A stretch of DNA of 25,765 nt from a virus (Duplodnaviria; Caudoviricetes): positions 1 to 25,765 of IMG/VR virus record IMGVR_UViG_3300030372_001545. One strand, 5' to 3'. The translations under genes were made by a program, and so were the position numbers. The notes under the pieces are model-generated. The model was not told the DNA's origin and did not search any database. It saw nothing but the letters and a program-made list of their open reading frames with translations. Numbering within the stretch: the stretch's first letter is position 1; the number at the start of each line of letters is the position of its first letter. Positions 25,404 through 25,765 of this stretch are shown here, in pieces.

Positions 25404-25748
25404 ATGCCACGCACTTCAAATGTAACTAAAGGGACTGTGTCCAATACATTCAAAGGTTCAACCAACGCCAGAGGCGAATTTATCCACGATATCGATGCTA
25501 CATCAGGAAAGTGGATTAAATCCAATAACCTCAAGGTCGTTGGCCCTGAAGGGTATGAGATGAAGAGTCAACTGTCCAGCGAGATTATCTCGGGATTTGT
25601 TGCCACTTATCCAGACCTTCAGGTAGAACCCAACACTGCCTACATCCTTATGTCCCAGAATACTCTGGATGCTAATGATGAGAAAGGGTTAGCACCCGCA
25701 GTGGTCGGTTTCTACAAGCCTGTACGCTCAGAGTGTGCACTTCCGTAG
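25404..25748 (+). CDS. Hypothetical protein (114 aa), first gene of the divergent arm
   Basis: Strong SD AAAGGAGG shortly before ATG 25404 (MPRTSNVTKG...), preferred over the track start at 25338. Confidence 0.75.
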   Translation: MPRTSNVTKGTVSNTFKGSTNARGEFIHDIDATSGKWIKSNNLKVVGPEGYEMKSQLSSEIISGFVATYPDLQVEPNTAYILMSQNTLDANDEKGLAPAVVGFYKPVRSECALP

Positions 25749-25765
25749 GGTTACACCTCATCAAT

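Noticed and set aside
25346-25534. 62-aa minus-strand ORF
   Set aside because: Antisense to the gene at 25404, which has a strong SD.

Overview
This window is the virion-morphogenesis (late) arm of an AT-rich tailed dsDNA phage. The acidic proteins and gene families suggest an uncultured, probably marine, podovirus-like phage (inference). Almost everything is on the minus strand. In transcription order: a sigma70-like promoter with palindromic repeats, small ORFs, PD-(D/E)XK nuclease, M15 endolysin, probable TerS, TerL, P22-like portal, scaffold, major capsid protein, two probable decoration proteins, head-tail adaptor genes, a multi-gene tail-fibre cassette ending in an S74-chaperone fibre and a tip adhesin, small membrane/lipoprotein (lysis-like) genes, Zn-ribbon, metallophosphoesterase, MazG-like protein, and a tail nozzle/stabilisation locus whose >1430-aa ORF (absent from the ORF track) runs off the left edge. 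A structured GC-rich non-coding element (~25110-25320) separates this arm from a divergent plus-strand gene. Most notable: (1) a fibre apparently chained from separate polypeptides, where one fibre motif is split between the C-terminus of one gene and the 'MAxWKK' N-terminus of the next, with one paralogous small helical protein per junction; (2) apparent splitting of both adaptors and the nozzle into two genes each; (3) near-total avoidance of GATC, CATG, CCWGG, GGWCC and GCWGC; (4) the structured intergenic element. All family assignments come from motif recognition by eye; no searches were run.
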